Source: Flectonema sp. DT1601 (lineage: Eukaryota). From it: DNA of 64,000 bases. A model generated the notes under the pieces. It saw only the letters and a list, made by a program, of their open reading frames with translations, searched no databases and was not told where the DNA came from. The stretch spans positions 682,001-746,000 of the forward strand of contig OZ025795.1 in assembly GCA_964019425.1 (NCBI GenBank). Direction: 5' to 3'. This document shows positions 45,381-55,666 of this stretch, one piece after another. Each line of letters opens with the position of its first letter. Position 1 is the stretch's first letter. Position numbers and translations under genes: made by a program.

Positions 45381-48339
45381 TCACGCAACACCCCTACTTG
45401 ATGATTGCGCAGCAATGTCAGACTTAAAAGCATCAACGCTGTTTTTTTTATATTGTTTCTTCCTATTATTCATGATAAATGATAAGTAAAAGTTCTTAAT
45501 ATTATAAGACAAAATATCATACCGAGCAGCATATGCAACAATACGAGATGCCTGAAGAGCATCTTGAAAACAATTTTCCAGCGACTGCCATTCGCTTACC
45601 TCGTCAGCAACTAACGCGTCGAATATTTTTTCAGAGCTGTTTTGTTGTTTTGTATTGGATTTTTATTCTCTGGTTGCTAAAAGAAAAGTTTTAAGTAATT
45701 ATAATAACATACTCTTCTCCTTCTTTCAAACGATCCTCAACAGATAAATGATCAGCGTAGAGAGCCAGAGCTTCTAAGATTCCCTCAACGATGTCTGGAA
45801 TGACTGCAGCCCGAAGCTGTCTTAATGATTGCTCCCTCTCTTCAAACCAATACTTTGCTTCTGCTAGTGGAAGTGGTTCTAAATCCTTAGCCACAGAAGT
45901 CATATCAACTAGACAAGCAGAATTATCTCTTGAAATCACTCGAAGTGCTTGTCTCTTCATTGTATTACGAGACTTCTTTTCACTGTCAGCCCAGAGAGCG
46001 AATACTTTTTCAAAACGCTGTTTTTGACTTTCCTCAAGACATTGCAACCAGGTAGCTTGAACAGTCACACCGTACTTTGGAGCAGACATCTTCTCCACAG
46101 GCGGGTTGTCTAGAGGTTTTTGTAATGCAGAGTGCTTCCAAGATGAGAGACTAGAGAGAGATGTTTGGATAAGTTCCCAGTGAGAAGCTTCCATACGTTC
46201 GGTGGTAAGTTTAACGAATGCTAATGATGTTTGTTTTTCTGTTAGAATTCGTCTTTGAAACTGTTCATCTACTGCAGTGTAGACTCTGTTAAATAATAAT
46301 CTGAAAGCAGACATAAGTTCTGCAACACCCGCTGCGATATTATCAACCTGATCAACTTCTGAAGAAGACAAACAGTACCGCGACCTGCAATTCAATTCCT
46401 GAATTCGTAATATAATATCTCTACAGAATTGATTAAACATTCTCAATGCGTCTTCACTAAGTACTGGTAAATATGTCATCAGACGAATTGCTTCTGTTTT
46501 ATGTCCAAAAGTAACTTCTTGAGGACCTTCTGCTGATACCGATCCTTGAGACCAACTTCTAACAGTCTCCCACGGTGATGTACTCATTAGTTTACTTGCG
46601 TGATTAAGGACAGCAGCTGTGTTGACATTTAGATTATTAAGTCTACTTACTAACTTTACCAGACATTCATCTGCTTTCTCTGGTGGAGATGTAGTGACCA
46701 GAGATACAACATAGATGCTTGCCAGTTCGATTCCCCTCTTCTCCATTTTTGATGAGATGAATGGAATAGTTGTTAAGAGTAGAGAAGAGTTGTTTGGGTT
46801 CGACTGATACATCTTTTGAGCATATCTCATTAGTGTTGAGTCGAGGAGACTGGAGATATAGTCGTGAGAAGTTCCGGATAACAAATCAGAGAGTAATCCA
46901 TTTCGACATCTCCACAGTAATAGCGCTAGATGAGCAGCGAGTCTGGGGGATACCTCAACAACTTTATTTGATAGTAACTCAAAGACTGCTATCAGAATTG
47001 AAACATCACAACAACGAGAATGTCCGAACAATTGAAGTAATAATGCCTGCAATTGTATTAAACAATCAGACTCACCTCTTTCTACTAACGCTTGTTGAGA
47101 AGCCCCCGCCAAACTATCAAAAAGGGGTTTTGTCTGCTGAATAACAATCTCAGCATCTTCTTCATTATAATCAACATGATCTCTTAGAGTAGGTTGAACA
47201 ACACAGTGAATCATATGCTCTACAGCACCACTTAGTGATGCCCATAATATATCTCTTAGTGTTATTTCTTGTTTTTTATAAGATTTTAGCATTGATTCCT
47301 TCATACCGCTGAGGGCTCCAAATGTTGCGCATTGAGCTTCCCCACCACAGCTCATATTTTCACAAGCAAGTTCTAACATTGAAGCAGAAACACTAAAGTG
47401 GTGAGTGTTTGTACGAGTCTTACCTGTTTCTTCAAGCCTAAGCCTCTGAGTGATTTCAGGTTGTAATGGGACATTAGAAGGAACAATGCTATCATGTACT
47501 CCAGGGATGTGTTGTAACCGTTCAGCTGTTTCTTTCATTAAGGCTGCGGCTATCAAATGTTGTTTACTCTCACAAAGATCTCTTGCTGCTCTAATATGAC
47601 CACATCTAATATGTTGAAGTAAAACTGAGTACAAAGTTCTCTCAGCGTCTTCATCAGCTGGGTGGATAAATGCTTGTTCTCTGTTTGTTTTAATATTTTT
47701 TGAATTTTGTTTCATCGAAACTATGAAAATATAAAAAAACACATACTGTGAAGGGGCATCGAATTCGAGTGAACTAACAAGTTTTCTACGAGTCAAAGGA
47801 CAAGATGAACCACCAAGACCTTCCGATAGGAGAGATGCTGTTGCTGGACGAAAGCCAGGAGGAATGTACTCCTCTACTTTATTATCAATACGACATGTTT
47901 GAGCGTAAACAGATTCTAACCATATAAGAGCGAGAACTATTCTTCTAAAGCTGAAGTCCCAAGAGAGACGAAGAGATACAAGCTGCTTATGTGAAACGGC
48001 CCACCATCTATGTGTTGGTATACTGCTGATGTTAGAGCTTATTTCTGGAGGTGGAAAACAATTACTTGTCGTTAATAAAACATCTTTCAGCATCAACTGA
48101 ACTAATTCCCAGGTATTAATTTCTTCCTGGCATTCAATAGCTGTTTGTGTTCTTGCTTCTCTCTCAGGTCTGCTGTATGGGTCTTCAGAATTACGAATCT
48201 TTTCAAGCAATTCTCGTAGAGGTTCAATATAGTCATTTATTATTGATTCTTCACCTTCTATTGATGTTGATATGGCGAGTCCTTCTTTCTCCTCAAGTCT
48301 TTCTGTGAAGTGTTTATCAGCTGAGAGAAGATCAATCAT
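45381..48339 (-). CDS. NUP107: Nucleoporin Nup107/Nup84 homolog
   Basis: EINTWELV, WLE, FDAP..IHPADEDAERTLYSVLLQHIRCGHIRAARDLC, ATFGALSG, DILWA. Introns 47681-47746 (in frame), 45637-45712 and 45439-45522. Confidence 0.75.
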
Positions 48340-48412
48340 TTTGTTTGATACCTGTGTTGAGTATAATAATAGTAAGCCTGACTACACTTGAATAAAAAGT
48401 AAAGTAATCTCA

Positions 48413-50476
48413 TCACGTTGTCATCATGTTTGCTGCAGCTCGACATGATGAAGCGGTTACCTGCCTACCAAATAACTCAACTTCTTCACTGTCGGATAAC
48501 CATTCTGAGAGACGGATAAGATCAGGAGCTGCTGATGCTAACAACTCTCCATTTGAGAATTGCATTTCCAACGTCTTAATAATAACCTCAAGAGGTGACA
48601 TCATTCGACTACAAATAGAGACTGCTGGTGAGTCAAGTGAGAGGATCCACGACAGGCATTTCCAAAATTTATAATTCATTGGGAATCTCTCAATACAAAA
48701 TATTACCAAAGCAACACGTGAGAGAGTCTGACCACTGATATGAATAACTTCATACTCTTTTAGTAATAAAGATAAGTTAGAGATTAACATCATTTGATCT
48801 TCTCCGCATTCACCTAACGAAATATTATTAGAACTTATCGCGTGATGGAATAATTCTTTTCCCAAATTTGGTGAAATGCGAGCCTTCAACACCATCGCTG
48901 GACAACAATCCGATGAATAACTTAAGACGGCCATACTCGTGTCGCAATCACTTACTTCTGAATAACGTAGTAGTAAGTCACACAATAAAGAAAGGTGTTT
49001 CTTTTTGGCATCAAAACTCACGCTGGATTTTATTTCTGTGAGCAGCCTGTCAGCACAAACAGCTGCATATTTCTCTGCAAGATCCCGTCCCTCGCTTAAA
49101 AAATTAATTGCAACAGCGTACCAGTTTTCACCCGAATCGGTTTCTTTACCGTTTTGTATTTGCTGAAGAACTTCGTCACCGTTTCTAGTTGCCGATACGG
49201 TGTGTTTTTGTATCAAATCTTCTACACATTTAGTGATAAATAATGTCCTCGCGTATCCTATTCCAGAAGCTAAATTCCTCCCCGTTTCGTATGGATCTAT
49301 TATTTGAATGTTCCGGAAATTGTTCTTTCCGGTTCTACGATTGCTAGAATTCGATGAAAAAATCAACTCCTCCGAGAATTGAACTGGATCAGTGATGCTG
49401 ACACACTTACCGTCAGATAGAGTTTTTATAAAGTGAAGAAGACCAAACCAATGTTTACCGAAATCGGCGTAGTCTGGCGGGTCCCAATTCATGTATTGTG
49501 GAGGAGGTAGTGTAGTTTGTGATTCAAACTGTTTTGGGTTAATGAAATCAACTAATCCCTGGTCTAGACAATATTTTATTATAATTACAGTAACAGCATA
49601 GCTACTCAACATTCCAATCTTGGGGTTAATTACTCTGCCGTTTAGTTCTGATTTTGATGTAAAAATTAACGATCTCAGTATTGAAGAATTCTTAACATAT
49701 TCACCAATGAGAGAAGTGTTTTTGATTCCGTTATTGCTGAGGGATATATCACAAGCATGTATCGGATAGCCTTCCACACCTGTGGGAGAGTATGTAATGA
49801 TCGGACTCGCTGCTTTTAAAAGTAATTCGAATCCATGATTTGTCTCATTACTGTAATTAGTTATAATCTGATAGAGTTCTGTTAACGATGACCTCTGTTG
49901 ATCTATTGAAGGGTTGGGATGTTTAGAGTCGCTCACGTAAAGGTCAATATCACTAGTGGTGCTAGCAGTGTGTTGTGCACACGATCCAAAAATAAAAATT
50001 GAAAACCGATCGTTTGAAGTTTTATTTATTATGTTTTCGAGAAGTTGAGGGATTTCACATTTTTTATTAAAAACGATTCGATCTTGGCAGGCTACTCGAC
50101 GTAGTAGTGTTTTTCCGATGGTATGAAACGATGTCGAAGAGGTGACGATATTACTTCTGCACTCCGATAGTATATTTATGTGTTGATGTTTAATATGGAG
50201 GTCTAGGTCTGGAACTATTTCACTACACCAGTCGCAGTAGTAATTCCAAAATCGAATATTCCAAAATAAATAATTTGATACTACCGTTGCTTTTATTGGT
50301 TCTCTCTCAGAGAGTTTCATTCCGTCCATTTTATTTGAAAATTGTATTGCAGATGTTTCTTCTTTGAAACGAATACAACCGACTCCAATATCTTCAACTT
50401 CTCCACAGCGTGTGGCTAACACTCGGAGATCGTCTTCGCTGAGTTCTTCACATCCTTTTAGTTTACAAACTCTCAT
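48413..50476 (-). CDS. Cid1/TUTase-family terminal nucleotidyltransferase with RRM-like and C2H2 zinc-finger N-terminus
   Basis: IFGS...TTSDIDL, CDIS..NNGIKNTSLI, GMLSSYAVTVIIIKY, IIDPYETGRNLA; CDWC...HIKHQH. Confidence 0.88.
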   Translation of the reverse strand: MRVCKLKGCEELSEDDLRVLATRCGEVEDIGVGCIRFKEETSAIQFSNKMDGMKLSEREPIKATVVSNYLFWNIRFWNYYCDWCSEIVPDLDLHIKHQHINILSECRSNIVTSSTSFHTIGKTLLRRVACQDRIVFNKKCEIPQLLENIINKTSNDRFSIFIFGSCAQHTASTTSDIDLYVSDSKHPNPSIDQQRSSLTELYQIITNYSNETNHGFELLLKAASPIITYSPTGVEGYPIHACDISLSNNGIKNTSLIGEYVKNSSILRSLIFTSKSELNGRVINPKIGMLSSYAVTVIIIKYCLDQGLVDFINPKQFESQTTLPPPQYMNWDPPDYADFGKHWFGLLHFIKTLSDGKCVSITDPVQFSEELIFSSNSSNRRTGKNNFRNIQIIDPYETGRNLASGIGYARTLFITKCVEDLIQKHTVSATRNGDEVLQQIQNGKETDSGENWYAVAINFLSEGRDLAEKYAAVCADRLLTEIKSSVSFDAKKKHLSLLCDLLLRYSEVSDCDTSMAVLSYSSDCCPAMVLKARISPNLGKELFHHAISSNNISLGECGEDQMMLISNLSLLLKEYEVIHISGQTLSRVALVIFCIERFPMNYKFWKCLSWILSLDSPAVSICSRMMSPLEVIIKTLEMQFSNGELLASAAPDLIRLSEWLSDSEEVELFGRQVTASSCRAAANMMTT

Positions 50477-50685
50477 TGCGTTGAGGATGTGTTCTCGATT
50501 GGTATCTATGACCTGTAAAATAATAATGAAATTACTTAACTGTTTTTAATTATAATAGGCTGTCGGGTTTTCTATGGATCTATTGAAACGTAACTTCTTT
50601 TTGGTTAACAAGAAAAAGAAAAAAGAAAAATGGTGGTGGCTACCACCTGCCAGATATTACAAATAAATTAACTACCCTTCTCACT

Positions 50686-50720
<35 letters not shown>

Positions 50721-50783
50721 CAAAAATTAAACGAAAAAATTATAAACAAATAGGAGCAAAGAAACGACTGAGAGACAGGGGTA

Positions 50784-51458
50784 CTACAAACCAAAAACCC
50801 AATGTCTTTGTTTACCTAAAGAAGAATCACACGATAATGATGTTTTCGATCTCATCGCTGACATATTTACAGAACTAGGAGACCTCGTTGGCATTGTATT
50901 CTTATTTTGTGATTGCAGCGGAGGTCTTTTCTTAACTGCCGGAGACCTATCAGCGAGCATCGCAGCGAGAGCAGAGTTTTCCTGATCAAGATCACTACAT
51001 TCCTTATTGAGTGATGTTAAGTGTTGTTGCATGTCACCAATCTTTTCAAATGCTTTTGTTACTTGAGTTTTATACGTAGATATCAGACCAGCTACTACTT
51101 CAGAATCGTCTCTCTTTGCGACTTGTGTTTCAATTGATTTTCGAAGCATTAAATTCTCAGATCGGAGAGAGAATATTTCATTTTCTAGATAATTGATTTC
51201 ACGGACTCCCGACAGAGGTGTTGGTGGTTGTGGATCTTCACAAGTTTGGTGGGAATTGGACTCATCGATCGCTGATAATTTTCTCTTAAGTGACTCAACT
51301 TCTCTGTTCTTTGATTGAATTAATAAAACAACAGCAGATCTCACACCATCGGGAAGTAGTTGAAGAGTTTCCATTTCTTCATCTTCATCAGTCATCATCT
51401 TCCCCACTACTGATGTTTGTAGTGCTGGAGGAGGTATCGGATCAGGTGGTGTCGCCAT
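50784..51458 (-). CDS. Coiled-coil hypothetical protein (224 aa)
   Basis: ATG-initiated ORF with heptad pattern, co-oriented with neighbours. Confidence 0.75.
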   Translation of the reverse strand: MATPPDPIPPPALQTSVVGKMMTDEDEEMETLQLLPDGVRSAVVLLIQSKNREVESLKRKLSAIDESNSHQTCEDPQPPTPLSGVREINYLENEIFSLRSENLMLRKSIETQVAKRDDSEVVAGLISTYKTQVTKAFEKIGDMQQHLTSLNKECSDLDQENSALAAMLADRSPAVKKRPPLQSQNKNTMPTRSPSSVNMSAMRSKTSLSCDSSLGKQRHWVFGL

Positions 51459-51751
51459 ATTACTTGTCTCCCACCTCTCTGTAGTGAAAAGAACAGTTGA
51501 AATAAGAAATCTCTAAATACTAATCTCTTCAACGGTTGGTACAAACCACTGCCGATACATGCGACTATTTTGTTTTCTTTTTTATCGTTTCAATCTCTTC
51601 CTCGGGTAATTCGATTGTAAATTGAACAACACAACCAGCGACAAGTATTGCGGCTTCTTAAAGATGGTAAAACATCTCATCCAATCCTTTTTCTCTAATG
51701 TCAAAACTAGACTGAAAGCAATGCGAATAGTTATTAATTGATTGAAATAAA

Positions 51752-52006
51752 TTAAAAGAAGTCCTTCCAAGATTCCATTCCCATGGCAACAGCCTTACCT
51801 GTTGAAATGCTATCTTTGGGTTCACCAAATTTATAATCCCAATGAGCTATGTAATGCTTCACACTTGGATCAACGGATCCGTCACTCTTGGTCTTCACAA
51901 CATAACGTCCACCTGATCTACCGATTGCCCATTTATCTTTCTTTAAGTCAACCACTAATCGTTTGTCTGTAGAGTGATCTACTGTAGCTGCTTTTGTTTC
52001 CATCAC
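51752..52006 (-). CDS. Small hypothetical protein (84 aa)
   Basis: Coding-like composition in AT-rich context; pyrimidine tract ((TC)n) upstream. Confidence 0.6.
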   Translation of the reverse strand: MMETKAATVDHSTDKRLVVDLKKDKWAIGRSGGRYVVKTKSDGSVDPSVKHYIAHWDYKFGEPKDSISTGKAVAMGMESWKDFF

Positions 52007-52088
52007 TCATGTAGTGTAATACTTTGATAGGGAGAGAGAGAGAGATAATAAATAATTAAATCTCTCAATAACATAAAGGAATTCAACA

Positions 52089-53042
52089 CTAATTATGAAG
52101 TGCCTCCGGAACACTAAATATATTATCAACAATCTGAACATGTGTAAACTTCGATGCTAAGGCAGGATGAGGATGAGGAATCCGAGAAGCGATTAAACCA
52201 AATGAGGGATTGCCGTCAATCTTCCAATTGAGGATTTCTTTAGTTATGTCATCAGGTGATTTATTATAATTAGATCGATTCGATACGTTCATCATCTTTG
52301 ATAACATCCCATCAACAGTCCTAACAAACGACATGTGATGCATCACAACTTCATTTTCACTAAATATTTTCAACTTTGATGTCCCAGCCAAGACTCTCGT
52401 AGGATCCACAGAAACAGGAAACGGATGTGCCAACTTAAACATAGCACCAGATTCTATTTCTGGTAGATTTCCTGTTATTTTATAAATAAAAGGAACATAA
52501 GCAGAATTGTCAACTGGTTTCAATTGGTATTTCGATGTTTTAAAATATTGATACATCAGACAAGCAGATGCATCGTATTGAGGATTTCGAATGAGAAAAT
52601 CTTTTGCGAACTTAATTTGTGAAGACACATAGAACTCATCAGCGTCTATTGAAATCAGATGAGAACAACCAGCAGAGAGACATAGTTGATGACCGATGTT
52701 TCTTTTCATTAATTCATTAAAGAATTGTTCACCAATTGATTGCAGACCATCATTTCCAATATTAACATTTGAGTATTCACTTAACAAGTTAAACCTTTCT
52801 TCAATTGAAAATGTTTTTGTTTTATATTCAATCACTTTGTCAACTAAACCTGATTCTGATAATTCTTGTAAAATCGGAAGTAGTTTGTCACTGGCTTTAC
52901 ATCCGAAATTACTTGTTTTTTGATATACTATGGCAATGTAATCAACTTCTCGGCGAATACTTTTAATGCTGCTTTGGAGCAGCTCTTCCCCATCAAATAT
53001 ATTATACGCAGCTCCCAATCGAATCCCTGGAAGTCGAGGCAT
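52089..53042 (-). CDS. Glycosyltransferase-like protein (GT-A fold, DxD)
   Basis: Probable start MPRLPG at 53042, right after CAG|GT. Motifs GAAYNIFDGEELLQSSIKSIR, KRNIGHQL...SHLISIDADEFY, VDPTR, MHHMSFVR. Confidence 0.75.
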   Translation of the reverse strand: MPRLPGIRLGAAYNIFDGEELLQSSIKSIRREVDYIAIVYQKTSNFGCKASDKLLPILQELSESGLVDKVIEYKTKTFSIEERFNLLSEYSNVNIGNDGLQSIGEQFFNELMKRNIGHQLCLSAGCSHLISIDADEFYVSSQIKFAKDFLIRNPQYDASACLMYQYFKTSKYQLKPVDNSAYVPFIYKITGNLPEIESGAMFKLAHPFPVSVDPTRVLAGTSKLKIFSENEVVMHHMSFVRTVDGMLSKMMNVSNRSNYNKSPDDITKEILNWKIDGNPSFGLIASRIPHPHPALASKFTHVQIVDNIFSVPEALHN

Positions 53043-53438
53043 ACCTGTATAATAAAAATAGGAATAATTTTTTTTTTTTTTTCCATATTTTTGAATCTCA
53101 TTCACAACAATAGCTGAGCCTTTTTGTTTTCATTTGCTACTTTTTTTTTGATAGCCGGTATTGGTACCGGCGGGCAGCAAACTGAAAACCGACGACAAGC
53201 TATAGCAAAACAACACGGATGAAAGAAGATTCACAAGTTTGAGTCTAAAATAAAAATCAATGCTTTGATGGGGGTGGGACATTATTTTTATTCCATTGCC
53301 CAAAAAAAAAAAAATGCAAATCATTTTTTTGATAAAATTCAAAAGACTTTAATTACATAATAATATAAAAGAAAATTTAAAAAAAAAAAGAATGTGTTCA
53401 AAAAACTTTTTTTTTTTTTTTCCCTTCTTATTCGATTT

Positions 53439-54326
53439 TTACTGCTCCTTCTTCTTACCACCAGCAACTTCCTTGATCTTGGCGATGATTGGTTTTAGCC
53501 AGTAGACTTGAAGTAACCATCCACCAGAAAATGCTGTCAACACTGTTGCAGCTACTGGGTATGGAAGATGGCATTTTGATGAATCCTCAATAAAGTACGA
53601 GATATTCATAGCTAAACCATATCCGAAAAAGAATATTCTCACTACAACAAACGTTATAATAAACAACAAACCAGATAACAAATGAAGTTTTCTGGCACTC
53701 TTTAAATGAGAAGTAATGATGTTGATATTTAGAGGAATGGTCGACAGTTCCATTGAAATAGCGTAAACAGCTAATTCAGAAAAACTGTTTGTTCCACTTA
53801 AGAGAAGAGCAAGTGATAGAAAGACGATGTGATGGGCGATTTTGTCAAATCCATGCTCCCATCTTAATATCCACATCACAGTAATGTAAGCAGCGTATCC
53901 AGTGAAAACAAAACCTACGCATGAGTTTGCGTTACTGATGTCAATCCAATCTTGGTTTCCCTTAAAAGCATCAGGATGACCGAGTAGTGCAGCATGAGAT
54001 AATTCATAAACATTACTATTAAACACTCCATTCAATGCTGCTGGTCCCATGTATGAATGAATCATAACTCCAACTACTCCGAATGAGACCTCTTTTGCCA
54101 GGTCATCACCTGAGGATTTTCCAGGTGCTGCTTCCCATTTCCTTACGACTGGTCTAATTAAGAAGTACACCAAGTGTACCGTTATAAATAATACGATCGC
54201 TACAATCGGTGAAATCTTAATCATATCGTCAACTGTCATTAAACCTCTTCCAGCCTCCCATCCTAATAACCCCATCACTGGGTCATTCGATGGATGAACT
54301 CTGAAACTTGAAAGCAGTCCCCACAT
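53439..54326 (-). CDS. TLC-domain (TRAM/LAG1/CLN8) membrane protein
   Basis: IAHH, MELSTIPLN, FIITFVVVRI, LQVYW..II motifs; C-terminal KKKEQ, an ER-retrieval-like signal. Confidence 0.85.
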   Translation of the reverse strand: MWGLLSSFRVHPSNDPVMGLLGWEAGRGLMTVDDMIKISPIVAIVLFITVHLVYFLIRPVVRKWEAAPGKSSGDDLAKEVSFGVVGVMIHSYMGPAALNGVFNSNVYELSHAALLGHPDAFKGNQDWIDISNANSCVGFVFTGYAAYITVMWILRWEHGFDKIAHHIVFLSLALLLSGTNSFSELAVYAISMELSTIPLNINIITSHLKSARKLHLLSGLLFIITFVVVRIFFFGYGLAMNISYFIEDSSKCHLPYPVAATVLTAFSGGWLLQVYWLKPIIAKIKEVAGGKKKEQ

Positions 54327-55666
54327 TAGTTATTTTCTTTGATTAACCTGATAAGAAGCTTAACAATTAACTTGATGTTCGTTCTGTAGTTCAGTTCTTT
54401 TCGATATCACTTATTATTAACCTGAAGAAGAGGGAAAAAGAAAAACAGAAAAGAAAACCAACAACAATAACAAATAAACCAAAGAAAACGTAGGTCCACC
54501 AAGTGATCACCTGATGTTGTTTTATTATCAACAGGAAGACTTCGTAGATCTTCTTTGAAAATTTTATTTGCTTACCATTCTGCAAGCTTTTGATGCCCTC
54601 TCTAAGAGGCTTGAACTCACAGATAATAATAACGTGGAATTAAATTGAGGTAAGGGACGGAAGCAAGAGGGACAAAAAAAAAAAAGAAAAACACATAAAA
54701 TGCGCAACAACAGAGGCTGTCAAAATTAAATTTCTTATTATTTATTCACCCGGTGCGGCAAGATATCAATACCCGTGACACGATCTGAGAGAGAATTTAC
54801 CGTCCGTATTGTTTTGATACCACGAAAGCTGGATGACATACGATGTGTAATTAAATAAAATTACCAAAAAGAGATGAACTATGTGTTGAAAGCATCGTGA
54901 CCTCTTCACGCAGTTCAAACCTTACGTTACAAAATTGCGGACAAGAATGTACGTGTCCTACAAATAAGAAAAAAATGAAAACTTTTTTTATTGACTTAAC
55001 CAAAAAAAACGAAAAAAGACGAAAACTAAAAAAAAAGAAAGAAGAAAAAAAAACTAATCGACACATCTCAATAATGAATACCCAGCTCCACTGAATAATC
55101 CAACATTGCTGCAAAATATGAGTCCTCTGAGGACTCAACTCAAACAGCAGCAACAGGAATTGGATGGTAAAAACTACAAAAGACATTACTTTTTTTTTTT
55201 TTTTTAAAGTTTTTTTACTCATAATTTTTTTTTTTATTTGTACGCCAAACCGGTGCAAAAAAAATCAAATAAAAGGAACATGTAAAGTATTCTCTTTCTA
55301 ACGAAAACAACCAACAGGCTTTTTTGTTTACAATAATAAAAAATAATTATACTTTTCAAATGAAAAAAAACTTTTCTGAAAAAAAAACTGTAAGAATAGT
55401 AGTGATCTGTGAAAAATAAAAGTTTTTTTTTTTCTACTTTAAAAAAAATAAATAAAAGAGGAATTTCGAATAGCAATCGACACTGTCACACTGCAACAGG
55501 CAGCAGTGTAGCAATAAGTGAAAGCAAGGCGAGCAGGTCGGTATCAGTGCACCTTGAAATAGAGAAAATACGTATTCCTGTAAAGGGATATATCAGTATG
55601 CGGTAAAGTTTTAAAATAAAATAAAAAGGAATAATAACTCAAACCAGAACTACAGACCGTTTCTGA

